From NCBI RefSeq assembly GCF_000143415.4, contig NW_003314346.1:588936-652935 (forward strand): a stretch of 64,000 nt of DNA, given 5' to 3'. A program made the position numbers and the translations under genes. Positions 11,651 through 22,800 of this stretch are shown piece by piece. Every line of letters begins with the position of its first letter. Within the stretch, counting starts at the first letter, position 1. A model generated the notes under the pieces. That model made no database searches, was not told the origin of the DNA, and saw only the letters and a list, made by a program, of their open reading frames with translations. The stretch is from Selaginella moellendorffii (taxonomy: Eukaryota > Plantae > Lycopodiophyta).

Positions 11651-11869
11651 GGTTTTCATCCTTCTCTTTCAGTTGCTTCTAGGAGGTAATTTATGATGTT
11701 TTAAAAACTTATAAATAATATATATTTAGTTTTCTAGAAGTCTTCCTAGGTATGCATGGCATATCATATGCAATGTGTAAATTGAGGAGTGGTATGAAAA
11801 ATCTATTTATTAATGATACATTAAAAGACAATTGAATGCAATGAGAAAGATGTGTCACATGTCAATGTG

Positions 11870-11981
11870 ATCATGATTGTGACACTGACAGTGTCAGTGC
11901 AGCAGATAGTGACAGTGATAGTGTCAGTGAAAGAGACAGTGTCAGTGTCAGAGATGACAAAGTTACAGTGTCAGTCTGTCA
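11870..11981. repeat. Cluster of short (AC)AGTGTCAG / GTGACA repeats
   Basis: gacactgacagtgtcagt...gatagtgtcagtg...gacagtgtcagtgtcag...acagtgtcagtctgtca. Confidence 0.6.
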
Positions 11982-12113
11982 AATTTCATAATTACTAGTA
12001 TTATCAGTTTATTATCTATAGGTAATACAATTTTGTTAATAAAAAAAAGGCGAGAGGGGGGGGGGGGGGGATGAATAATATCATAGTGTAAGAATTATTA
12101 GTGGCTAGAATTT

Positions 12114-12662
12114 TCAGTAGGATGGCCTAAAAATACCATATTCAGCACTTGTGGATGTAGGATTTACTAACGGAATATTGTTCCTCACCATGAAATGATA
12201 ATGATTGTGTGTTCTTAACTCTTTCTTGATTTTCTTATACATCCATTTATGCATACCTTCCACACCAGTTCTTGGGCAGTTGTGACAGTGTTCTAGAAAA
12301 GTTTCTAGACCCATACAATCTTCTGTTTTATCTAAATAAAAGTAGCAGATGGGACACTGGAGATAATATGTGTTCATTCTTTCAAAAGTTTCAACCATAT
12401 CGGGAGCAAGATCTTGAAGAAACATCTGGCATCGCTCTTGAAGCACATGAGGCAATCCATCTTTAGTAGCAACATCTAAAACATTATCTGAAAGAGGGAT
12501 CTCTTGTTCAATCACACTTGGGGCTACAAAAGAAAAAGCCTCACAACGATTGATGTATAGAGGGAAGGGTGGAATGTTGGTAGAAGTTGGAGACGGAAGT
12601 GGAGACTCATATAAAATGCATAGGGGCCAAGTGCGAGTAGCAATAGCATTTTCTCTAGCCAT
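12114..12662 (-). CDS. Hypothetical 182-aa Cys/His (CPIC...HCxxC) protein, paralog 1
   Basis: Intact ATG-stop ORF, clearly similar to 12921-13487 (LQERCQxFLQDLAPDM, YYLQCPIC, HCxxCPR, WMYKKIKKEL, SAEYGIFRP). Confidence 0.6.
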   Translation of the reverse strand: MARENAIATRTWPLCILYESPLPSPTSTNIPPFPLYINRCEAFSFVAPSVIEQEIPLSDNVLDVATKDGLPHVLQERCQMFLQDLAPDMVETFERMNTYYLQCPICYFYLDKTEDCMGLETFLEHCHNCPRTGVEGMHKWMYKKIKKELRTHNHYHFMVRNNIPLVNPTSTSAEYGIFRPSY

Positions 12663-12920
12663 TTCTACACTCTAAACAAACTGAAATTTCAATGTTGAAA
12701 GCATCCCTTGTTGGTATTTATACTAAGAAAAGATCTAGGGGTTCTTGAAAGTTTAAATTGTCTGTCTCAAAAATGGGACTTCAGAATTATAACAGTGTCA
12801 GAACCACTTGTATATATAATAATATCTTTATACATGCTAGAATAATATCATTCTCGAAAATATAAGATTCTCCACTTTACTCATAAAGAATTAACCTTTT
12901 GAAAAAACTATACATGACTT

Positions 12921-13475
12921 TCACATTACATTAAAGGGTGGCCTAAATATCCCATATTCAGCACTTACTGATGCAGTGTTCACCAATGGAATATTGTTCT
13001 CCACCATGAAATCATAATAGCTGTGTGTTTTTAATTCTTTCTTGATTTTTTTATACATCCACGCATGCACACCTTCCAAACCCGCTCTTGGGCATTTGCG
13101 ACAATGGTCAATAAAATTTACCAAACCCATGCAACCATCTATCTTGTTTAAATAAAAGTTGCATATAGGACACTGAAGATAATATGTATCTACATTAAGC
13201 TCCCCTGCCATATCTGGAGCAAGATCTTGAAGAAAATATTGACATCGCTCTTGAAGCATTGGAGGCAATCCAACTTTTTTAACAACATCATAAGGAAGGA
13301 GTTCTTGTTCAGTTGCACTCGAGGTCGCAAATGGAAGAGCTTCACAATAGCCCTCAAAATGAAAAGGAGAATTGTTACGTAGAGGTGAAGGTGGATTATT
13401 GGTTGAGATTGGAGATGGAGGTGGAGACTCATATGAAAGGCCTTCGGGACCAAAAGTAAACTTCTTCCTAACCAT
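12921..13475 (-). CDS. Hypothetical ~185-aa Cys/His protein, paralog 2
   Basis: Intact ORF. Amino-acid conservation with paralog 1 despite many synonymous-looking nucleotide differences. Confidence 0.6.
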   Translation of the reverse strand: MVRKKFTFGPEGLSYESPPPSPISTNNPPSPLRNNSPFHFEGYCEALPFATSSATEQELLPYDVVKKVGLPPMLQERCQYFLQDLAPDMAGELNVDTYYLQCPICNFYLNKIDGCMGLVNFIDHCRKCPRAGLEGVHAWMYKKIKKELKTHSYYDFMVENNIPLVNTASVSAEYGIFRPPFNVM

Positions 13476-16134
13476 TGCAACACACAAGAAGAATTAAACT
13501 TCCTAGCAATAAGAATTCTCTTATTAATATACTATATTTCAATCTCGAGAATGATGTTTTATTATGACATGACACTATAGTGAATGATAATTGTCAGTCT
13601 TAGTAATTACAACCTACTATGAGAAACAAGTGGCTATAGGGTTTTAGAAGCTAAAAACTAGCATATAATTAATATGTAGCCTTATTTTATATAGTTGGCC
13701 TGCCATATATAATAATAGCGAATATACACAGGCACGCGAGTATGCCTTTTTGCAAGATTACCTTTCAATCCCAAAATCATATATACATTTAATTCTTTGA
13801 TTTGTCCACATCATATATCTTTGCAAAGACAAAACATATCAAAAGGAATAAGATATATATAAAAAACTTACATTTTTTTATAATATTTTAGTGGATTACA
13901 AAAGCCATTGAAAGGTTTATAGAGTGGATTTATTAGTGCTTTCCGCTGTGCTGTCCATTTCTTCTTTTCTCTTGCTCTGGATTGTTGTCTCGGAAGTAAC
14001 AGGAGCATTTTTATCAATAGTGACAGTGGTCTCCACATTCCCGGATGGGTAATAAGGACCAGGCGTGTAATATGGAGATTGTGGTAATGAAACAAAATTC
14101 ACATTCTCACATTTCTGTATGCTAGAACTACTTACAGATTTTTTGTCTTCCTTGCTTCCCATCTCTCAGTGGCACTTCAATTATCATTGTAATCATTCCT
14201 TCTACGATAACTTGTATCGTCAAATGGATAACTTTGCTTACATGTTATTTTATCAACTCAGGCTACCTGTTAGCTTTTTGGTTATTTAAATAAGGTTCTA
14301 CATTCCTTAGCTGTATACCCTTTTTTTTCATAAATTTGGCACTTGATTAACTAGAGTTTCTATTCTTTTTTGCTATGGTTTTCATTTTTACATATGGTAC
14401 ACTAAATCCTTTATTTAAGATTGATTGCAATTTAAAACTTCTTTTTCCCTATTTATAGGAATCATTTTTTCGTTTTATTTCACCATATCTACCATGTGAT
14501 ATTATTTTATAAGATCTTGGTAGGCAATTATGGTTTTTTTCAAGTCATCAAAATTTATATAAACTCTTTTAATTGCATGTTCATGATAAATTTTCTTGAG
14601 GCCCTGTATGTATTAGGCATAGACGCATTTTATTTAACACTAAGTTTTTACAATACTTATAACGTTTGTTGAATCGAGTTATGTATTCCTTAATTGTCTC
14701 AAATTTTCTTTGATGAAGTTTTTGCAATTCATTATAGTTTTCTTCTAGGTTTGTCTCTATGGAGAAAACTTTAAGGAAAAACTTTGTCTACTCATCAAAT
14801 ATACTAAGATTTTTTACATCATTGTCATAGTACTAGTCTTTAGCTTTATTTTTGAGTGTATAGGGGAAAAGATTCTTTTTCTGCCCATTTGTTTGATTGA
14901 GCTTGATTATTTCTATGTATTACTCAATATGCAGTTATAGGTCTTCTCTTTTAATTTCAGAAAAAGATGGATATATGATGATGGTGCTTATTGTTGTTCA
15001 TACAATTTTCATCGTACTCATTACAATGTTCTATTTTGCAACTAATATAGGCAAAATAAATGTTTGGTTCGTAGGGGAACTTAGATCACCATCAAAGGGT
15101 AAAAGCTGTAAATTTATTTCTTCTTCCTTTTGTGAGGAATCACTTTAGTTATTTTATATTCCACTACTCTTAACTGAAGTAGAGGTGTTTTCTATGTGCC
15201 GATGCTGCCAAGAAGGAGTAGCGTATGAATTCACATATTCTGGATGATCATCAAAATCATATTAGGATTTTTAATCTTCTCTTTGTTGAGGTGTACCCAA
15301 TATACTTTTAGCTCGCTCTCTTTCAAACTTTTTTTAACTTGATTGAGTAATGATTTAGTCTGTTTTGAAGGGAGGTTAAGATCGCAAATATCACAAACAA
15401 GTGCTCTATAATCTTATTCTAGATTTTGTGAATACTTTTTTTCAGATTACCTTCCACTCATCAGATTGTGAAGGAAATGTTGTATATCTATTACCTTGTT
15501 TGGTATAGACAATAACAATTTTATGCATAGGGACTATGCCCTTTAAAACTTTATAGGTAAGATTAATTATTGATCTATACCTCTATATTTCGAGATTTGT
15601 TGACATTATTACTATTGCAACTTTAGTTATTATGCCTCATTTATAGAATGAGTGGTACAAAATTTTGGTATATAATGTATTCCCCTTGTAAATTGGGCTA
15701 TCAATCACTTTTAGGAGTAAGTACTTAGCTTCCTAATTAGAATGGTTTTCCTTTAAAAGACAAATATCTAGGATATTTTTTATATAAAAGTCATAAAAAT
15801 TTCTCAAGTAACAAATACTATTTTTCACAGTATGCTCAAATATGGTTCACCTTAAGAGATTTTTACTCTACAGAATTTTGTTACTTATCAATCTAAATTC
15901 AAAATTGATACAACATTTATTAGCCCATTTATCAATAAGTGTATTTCTACCTATGGGTTTCCAAGTTTTATTGTGGACTATTAAAATTTTTACAATAGCT
16001 TCTTTGTTTAAGATTGCATAAAATTTTAACAATTGTATAGTAAGCAAAATTTTATAAATATTTTGTAGGTTATAATATTTAGGATCTACATCTAGTTCAG
16101 ATAGGAAGACTTTTAGTGTCTTCAACTCCTTAAT

Positions 16135-16610
16135 TTACTTGCAAAAATGTTTCCAAAAATATAGAAAATATAGCATTTCTCTTAATCTAGAGAAATGTAC
16201 TTTCTTTGTAAATTCAGACATACTTTTATGTCATATTATATACAAGGAAGGCATCCTTGTAGGCAAAGACAAAACTCAAGTGATTGAGATAATGTTTTCA
16301 CCACATGACTTAAAAGTCTTTGTTGCTTTCTAAGCAAAGTTGGATATCACAAGTGATTTATAAAAGCTTATATAAAAATTGCCAAACCACTTACTGATCT
16401 TTTAAAGAAAGATACTTCATTTATATGGAATAATAATTGTTAATAAGTATTTTTAAGGTTTAAACAATACTTCAAAGAGAGGCATTTATACTTGTTAAAC
16501 CCAACTAAATAAAATAACTTCACTTACAAATAGATACTTTTGATATTGCCAAAAGTGCAATATTATCTCAAACACAAAGTAATAAAAAAGATCATCCTAT
16601 CTACAAAGCA
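16135..16610 (+). mobile_element. Decayed Ty3/gypsy RT-RNase H fragment
   Basis: 'CFQKYRKYSISLNLEKCTFF..ILLCHIIYKEGILV', 'IAKPLTDLLKKDTSFIW', with stops. Confidence 0.7.
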
Positions 16611-16686
16611 GCCAAAGAATACAAAGATATGTCCACTTCCCAGGAATTATCTTGTGCCGAGAAAACAAGCATCTATTCATCTGTGC

Positions 16687-17085
16687 TCAAAATGATCTTG
16701 TTACAATCAACGATAAAGGGGTTGTAAACTCCCATGGCAGTGGCAGAAGAGGATCCCATCGATCCTCCACCAGATTGTATACCTCAGCATCTAGTTCCCT
16801 CACCCCAAGGTTCCCACCAACAATGTAGAGCCAACCCTCCATACATACAACACAGCATTGGCGCCACAGCACTCAATGTGTGAATCTAAGATGCTTACCG
16901 ATTTCCCAGTGGAATCCCATCTCCCAAGAAGTTAGAGTGATCATCGTAGAACTTGGTGCTGGAGACGAGATTCCTCCACGCTTGGCTCTGCCCGTGCGAT
17001 GAGAGTGACACTCGCAGGAGGCACTGGTACGCAGCATCATCTTCCAGGCCAGGGATGAGCGGCGCCGTCGCCATAGCCGAGCTCT
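16687..17085 (-). pseudogene. F-box/kelch-repeat gene fragments
   Basis: 'LIPGLEDDAAYQCLLRVSL' F-box start; kelch 'EGWLYIVGG..AEVYNLVEDRWDPLLPLP'; frameshifted. Confidence 0.65.
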
Positions 17086-17349
17086 ATTTGGAAGCACATT
17101 CTTGTGTAATCTCTGGCATCTTCACAAGGCGATCAAAGCCTTCCACTCAATCCAGGATCCCAATGTCTTCTCCTGGAACAGTCCTTCAACGATGCCATGA
17201 AAGCTTTTGTTTCTCTCGGAGAGGGACGTGGTGACTTGGACGACTATGGTGAGCGCATCTGGAATGTCTTCTCTACTTACAAAGAGCCGCTTGCATGTTA
17301 CGCTGCATCGTCCAGGGCACATGATCACGCTGAGGCATCCCAGGAAGAC

Positions 17350-18000
17350 TGATCATGTTTCTAGCCGTGGAAACTTTTGACGAGAGGGACACAGTGGCAA
17401 GGCTTGGACTCAATGCCCACATTGGGGATCTTGAGTAAGTGTAAACGACGGTGTGACCAAAAATGGAGCAGCTTGGAAGCTTAGTTTGATCGAGACAAAT
17501 GTTTGATCGTGTTCCACAGCAGGAACTTACGTCCTGGAACGCCATAGGTTGGACATTTCCAGGAACTCTTTCATCTCGTTGCGAGCTTGCGCCATGCTCC
17601 CACACTTTGCGTACATGTCCACCATCGTGCTCGCTACGTACAAGTCGGAGACAAAGCCACGCTTCGCCGCTGCGGCATGCAAAGCCATGCCCCTCTCCAA
17701 GCACCTCTTCTTGGCTAGATGCCCGAGAGTATGGACGGCACTCTTTGACGCCGCGGAAAGAAGCGCGAGAGATGTTCTTTAAAATGGAAATGCCTCGCGA
17801 TTCTGCTGCTTGGAACGCAATCCGGAATGCGGCGCGAGAGGACCTTTGCGATGCTGCTCGAGGACCACAGACATCGTTCGTGGCGGTGCTAAGGGCTTGC
17901 GCGGACGGAGGCGCCAAGGATCACTACAGCAGTGTTGTGGACGTTCTCGCAAGATCTGGAACGCCATTCCATCCTTTCCCATCATATCTCCTGGCCTTCG
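17350..18000 (+). pseudogene. PLS-class pentatricopeptide-repeat fragments
   Basis: 'MFDRVPQQELTSWNAI', 'AREMFFKMEMPRDSAAWNAI', 'SFVAVLRAC', 'HYSSVVDVLARSG'. Confidence 0.65.
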
Positions 18001-18300
18001 TTCCTCGCGGCTTGCAACAATCGACAAAGACCATTTCTCCAAAGACAACTTAGAGAGGTGTTTGATTGTCCACTGTTTGTTTGTCTTTATCTTTATCTGT
18101 GTGGATTCTTTTATCCGGTTGATAGGTCTCCATCCATCCATCGCGAATACCTACTAGCTCACTCCCGATTCCTCATCCATCGCCGGGATGGAATTCGAAG
18201 CGGTGAGACCCAAGTACTCTCCGCCGCTCCAATCGCTACACCTTCTCCAGGTACTCCACATTTCTTCTCCATTGCCCATAGGATTGATTAATCTTCCACA

Positions 18301-19905
18301 ATGAGCTCGAGCTATAGAGGTTTTTACTGGTTTTCCAAGGTTCATGTGTTTTTCAGGCATGGCGATCGATCGCCCACGCCGGCTTTTGGGAATTCCAACC
18401 CGGAGGTGTGGAGCAGCAGGCTCGAGGCAGTGCCACCGCTGCTCCAGCCCCAGAACTACCAGTACCAAGAGCGCCCCTTCGGACACCTCACGAGGAAAGG
18501 TACTTGAAATGACTTGGTTCTCCTCTCCATGAAAGTTTGTGAGAGTCGATTTGCAGGAGCCGAGCAAGCGAGAGGGCTGGGAGCTTGGATCAAGGACGCA
18601 TATCTGGAGGAGCTCGGCGTTGATACCAGCCAGCCGGATTCTTTTTTGCGGGTGCGCTCAACCAACTTTCTAAGAACACACATGACGGGTGAGGCAAGTC
18701 GAAAGTTCCTCGTGTTTCGCTCGAGCTTATAGATTCGAGATTTTCCACTAGAGCAGCTTGGTTTGTGCTTGAAGCGCTCCTCGGCTCGGGCGAGCTAGCA
18801 GCGTCGGTTCCAATCTGCATCTCCGAGGATCGTCTGGAAAACTTGTATCACAACGATCACTGTGCACGGTATGGATTCACTCACATTTTCTCGCAGCTCT
18901 TTGGCGAAGTCTTACAACTTTGATCCAAACCACAGCTTGGCCAAGCTCTGGAGAGCCTCTTTGAGCAGAAAAAGGCAAGCTGAGGTTCGTCCCGATGGTA
19001 CTGTGCAAGAAACTGGATGGTGTGACCAGTTTGAGGTAAAACTTTCAATTTTTTTCCATGAAAGAGTGCTTTTTTTTTTCTTCCAGGACATTCGTTTTTC
19101 CTTCTCTAAGCACCTGGATTTACCTCAAGGAAAGAGATTTCCATGGGTTCTGGTATGAAAAAAAAAAACACGCTCTAGGTAGTAACGTCTCGTCCCTGCG
19201 TGAGGTTTTCATACTTTTCCTTTTTGTTGTGCCAGGCTGCTGATGTTGTTCACTGCGCACTAGCTCACGGAGATCCTGTCCCGGATAATTTTACAGTCGA
19301 GAAACTATGCGAGATTCGAGATTTCCTTGCTCAAGATTACGTGAGCTCATTTCAGGTAGAGCTGTCGTTAAGTTTTTCTAATCTAGCTTCTAAGTCTCAT
19401 GCTTGAAACTTCCACAGGACAAAGAAATCTGCGAGCTCTCAATGGGAAGATTGCTCCGAGAAGTCGTGAGTTCTATGGAGAACCACAGAGACACACCCTC
19501 ATTGTATTTATATTCTGGCCACGATGCAACTCTCGTGCCACTCTCTGGTAACATCTTTTCTTTTCTTTTCTTGATCTCTTGAATGAAACTTTCCCTTGTT
19601 TGATCGTTCTAGTTGCCTTGGGTCGACCATGGCAAAGCTGGCCATCTTACGCAGCATCCATTTCCATCGAGCTATGGCGCTCCTTGGAAGATAGCAACCA
19701 GCATTTCGTCCGTGTTCTCTACGATGGCGTTGCGGTTCCCTTGCCTGTGGAGTTGGAAGGCATCGAACAAACTTGGAAGCCCGAGCAGCAAAACATAATC
19801 AAGTCGAGCAAGAAAACCCTGTTTACGCTCCAGGAATTTGTCAAGCTCGCTGGCTGGACGATGCTCAGCGATGCCGAGTTCCAGAACAAGTGCCAGTGCA
19901 TCTGA
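18301..19905 (+). CDS. Histidine acid phosphatase (branch 2, ACP6/lysosomal-type), multi-exon; a possible extra 5' exon starts at 18188
   Basis: RHGDRSP catalytic motif (~18355), 'RSTNFLRT', 'YSGHDATLVPL' (~19510), 'WPSYAASISIELW..HFVRVLYDG'; short GT-AG introns. Confidence 0.85.
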
Positions 19906-20009
19906 GAACAAGTTCATTCGAATTCTTTCCAAGGACAAAGTTGGAAGAAAATAAAACAGAGCATTTTTTACCAGCGCTGGCTATGGCTTTCATAGAGGAG
20001 TTTCTTTCG

Positions 20010-20430
20010 ATGGCTATGGCGACGCTCGTCCCAGGCCTGGACGAGGATACCGCCTACCAGTGCTTGCTGCGCGTCTCTCTCGAATCCCACGGGCAAATCC
20101 GCAAGGTGATGGTGGCTAACACCTACGAGGATCGAGCTGCCCAAGGCCACGATCAGGAATAGCTTGTTGCCATCGCGATGAGAAAGAGCGGCGCCGCGAA
20201 CTTCAAGCAGCGTCAAGCCGGGGTGGATGATCCTTTCCACCACCGCCAGTCCATGGAGAAGGATTCCAGTGTCCAGTGTAGATATCTCAATGGCAAGCTC
20301 TACGTTATTGGAGGGTGGAGAAGCGAGGCTGATCCACACACCAACGAATGAAGCCGTGTGGCACCAGCTATCGCCTCGCGCGCATTCCACGAGCGTGGCT
20401 ATGGAGGGCCGTAGGTGGCGTGGATGTCTC
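20010..20430 (+). pseudogene. F-box/kelch fragment
   Basis: 'MATLVPGLDEDTAYQCLLRVSLESHGQIRKV' and 'LNGKLYVIGGW'; related to 16687-17085. Confidence 0.6.
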
Positions 20431-20458
20431 TTATAAACTTAACGTTATAGTCTTTAAA

Positions 20459-21421
20459 ATGACCAAGTCAGAAATAAAAATAGAACATGCTCCAAACCCT
20501 AAAGGATCAGATCTGATGATGGCTAAGGAAGCTTTGGAGGCGCTGAAGAAGAACAAGGGGGATTCCATCCAAATCCAGCAATCGCTGGATGTGCTGGCGT
20601 ATGGCTCCTGGGAGGGGATATCTAAGCATGAGATTAGAAAGGTGGTAGGGAATAGATTGCAAAAGGGAAGCGTGCTAGAGCGGCGGCTGAACAGGCAAGA
20701 TATGGAAGTGAAGCCTCTCCCAGAGCTACGCCCTCCCAAGGCTTTCTTCCCCCAAGCTGAGATGATAGAGTTTAGGACGGCGTTGGAGGCATGGCAATGC
20801 ACACCTGAGTGTAAAAAGAAGCTGAGTTATCTCTATACCACCATTTCAGACTACGGCCAGTTGCAAGCCACAACACAAGCAGAGATGAGGATGCGCCAGC
20901 ATTGGAGAAGCTTGGTATCTGAGAGCAAGTGGAGAGCAGTTTTAGAGTTTGGCACCTGGTTTATGACCGTCTCGCTGCGGGGCTTCAAGANNNNNNNNNN
21001 NNNNNNNNNNNNNNNNNNNNNNNNNNNNNNNNNNNNNNNNNNNNNNNNNNNNNNNNNNNNNNNNNNNNNNNNNNNNNNNNNNNNNNNNNNNNNNNNNNNN
21101 NNNNNNNNNCTTATGGTCGGGGGAAGCTTGGTGCAAGAATATGGTGCACGGATGAAGTTCATTGGGGCTTGTGCGTTACTGCTTCACGGGGTCGAGCTCA
21201 GGAATGTGGACACCTGCTGGAAGCTGTTGTTGGAGAGCACCACAACGCTTCTAAGCGAAGATGAAGATAAGCTTTTGGACTTCTTGTCATCGGAGTGCAA
21301 CCTGTCCAATCCCTTGCTTCAATCTATGCGGGCTGCAAGGAAGAACAAGAATGCAGATTCTGCCAACCCCCTGCTAGCTATGCGCGCTGCAAGCAAGAAC
21401 GCTGATGCTGTCATAAGCTGA
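20459..21421 (+). CDS. Hypothetical protein spanning an assembly gap
   Basis: Open on both sides of the N-run at 20991-21109; no recognisable motif. Confidence 0.3.
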   Translation: MTKSEIKIEHAPNPKGSDLMMAKEALEALKKNKGDSIQIQQSLDVLAYGSWEGISKHEIRKVVGNRLQKGSVLERRLNRQDMEVKPLPELRPPKAFFPQAEMIEFRTALEAWQCTPECKKKLSYLYTTISDYGQLQATTQAEMRMRQHWRSLVSESKWRAVLEFGTWFMTVSLRGFKXXXXXXXXXXXXXXXXXXXXXXXXXXXXXXXXXXXXXXXXLMVGGSLVQEYGARMKFIGACALLLHGVELRNVDTCWKLLLESTTTLLSEDEDKLLDFLSSECNLSNPLLQSMRAARKNKNADSANPLLAMRAASKNADAVIS

Positions 21422-21750
21422 ACATTAACAAAAGCTTCAATCACAATTAGATCGATCCTAGTCTTTTTTTAAAGTCTTCAAGGATTTCTTCAGTTAATAT
21501 TTAAAGCCAAGTCATGGCAAAGATCACATTCTGCAAGGTGGCCAAGGAGGCTCACCTTCTTCCAATGAGGCAGGCAATGTCCATTTGGAGAGATAGTGAA
21601 GTTCGTGGTCTCTTTCTTATTCATGGTTTATTAAGGAAGCTATTCTCCCAAGCTTTCTTTGGATCGGAGCTACCTTATTCTAGCCGTGGGGTGGCTATCA
21701 ATCGCAACTTGTTTGCCATGAGCAACGTCATGCTCTTTGTTCGTGTCAAG

Positions 21751-21938
21751 GTGACACAGAACAAGAAGAGTGGCAGATCCAGGCAGTCTTTACTATGAGG
21801 ATTGGCTTGGGCAAATTGCACCACCACAGTCTAGTTTCACTCACCATATGAAGTTTGTATCCTTAATTTGCCCAAGCCAATCCCCATAGAGGAGACTGCC
21901 TTGTCGTTTTGGATCTGCCACTCTTCCTATTCTGTCAC
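21751..21938. repeat. Imperfect hairpin (~65-70 bp arms, ~47 nt loop)
   Basis: gaagagtggcagatcc..aggcagtct..attggcttgggcaaatt pairs with aatttgcccaagccaat..agactgcct..ggatctgccactcttc. Confidence 0.8.
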
Positions 21939-22229
21939 CAGTGGCTAGTTTTGCTTCTTTCCATCCACAATTCACGTACAATTGTTACAGAGAAAGATGA
22001 AGCAGATCTCCTTGACCCAGTTCTCAAAGTCTGTCTGGGTGAAAAGAAATAGGCAGTGCTTTACATGTGGTCATGTTGGATGGATTTCTCCACAACATGA
22101 AGTTTGCTCTTCCTCTTCTTCTGCTGCAGTCGAGCGGGCAATCTAGAGTTGCATAGCCTTACTGCTCGCTGTGTGGTCTTGTTGCCCATGAGATCGTTGT
22201 TTGCTATGATACCGGTTTCCCCTAACCAC

Positions 22230-22800
22230 CACTCTATACAGAGAAAGGCCGTCTTGATATCAAGCTGATGAATTTCCAGATCCCAGCATGCTGCAAGGCG
22301 TAAAATAATCCTAATGGAAGACATCTTGGCCACAGGAGAGAATGTCTCGATGGCACGTCACAGCTTAAGTGGCATCCAATTTCGCTTGAAAATCCACTTT
22401 GTGCTGGCAATCTTCCTGCCTGGTGGGAGATGAACAAGCTCCCAGACTTCATTGCATTGCAAAGATGCATGGCCGCTTTCCATTTTTCCGCTTCTGGTGA
22501 CTGGAGAGCTGCACGAACTGTGCATGGTTCAGGAGTGAGCTGCTCAGCAATTTGAGGCCGGAGCCTTGAGGCCATCATCAAATGGTGTAACCGCTTCTTC
22601 TGCATGACTGGACTTGGTAGTGCCTCTGCTGCAACCTGCTGCTGCGGCTGAACTCGCGGCTGCTGCCCGGATACCCTACAAACGTCCTCGTCATAAAGTG
22701 TTGCGTGTACTTTGCAAGCCGGGAGGAACGAAGCCCAGGAGATGGGAAGAATGTGAGCTCCTCGGCGTCCTCCAGCCTCGAGAACATCCACAATGCTGCT
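22230..22800 (-). mobile_element. Decayed Ty1/copia RT-region fragment
   Basis: 'EPCTVRAALQSPEAEKWKAAM', 'AKMSSIRIILRLAACWDLEIHQLDIKTAFL'. Confidence 0.75.

Larger units (their letters stand above)
1..11700. mobile_element. Putative large composite DNA transposon (transposase + ParB-like/MTase-like gene + amino-MTase gene); left end lies outside the window, right end not defined
   Basis: Transposase-like frame at 6466-9607. One 22-bp palindrome family recurs from 1434 to 9681 and ties the left gene, the repeats and the transposase together. The MTase gene follows the transposase on the same strand and shares its C>T nonsense decay. No TIR/TSD could be identified. Confidence 0.55.

Noticed and set aside
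1-11700. Bacterial or phage contamination explaining the ParB and MTase genes
   Set aside because: The genes have canonical short introns, plant telomeric tracts lie among them, and the transposase-MTase part is contiguous with plant genes.
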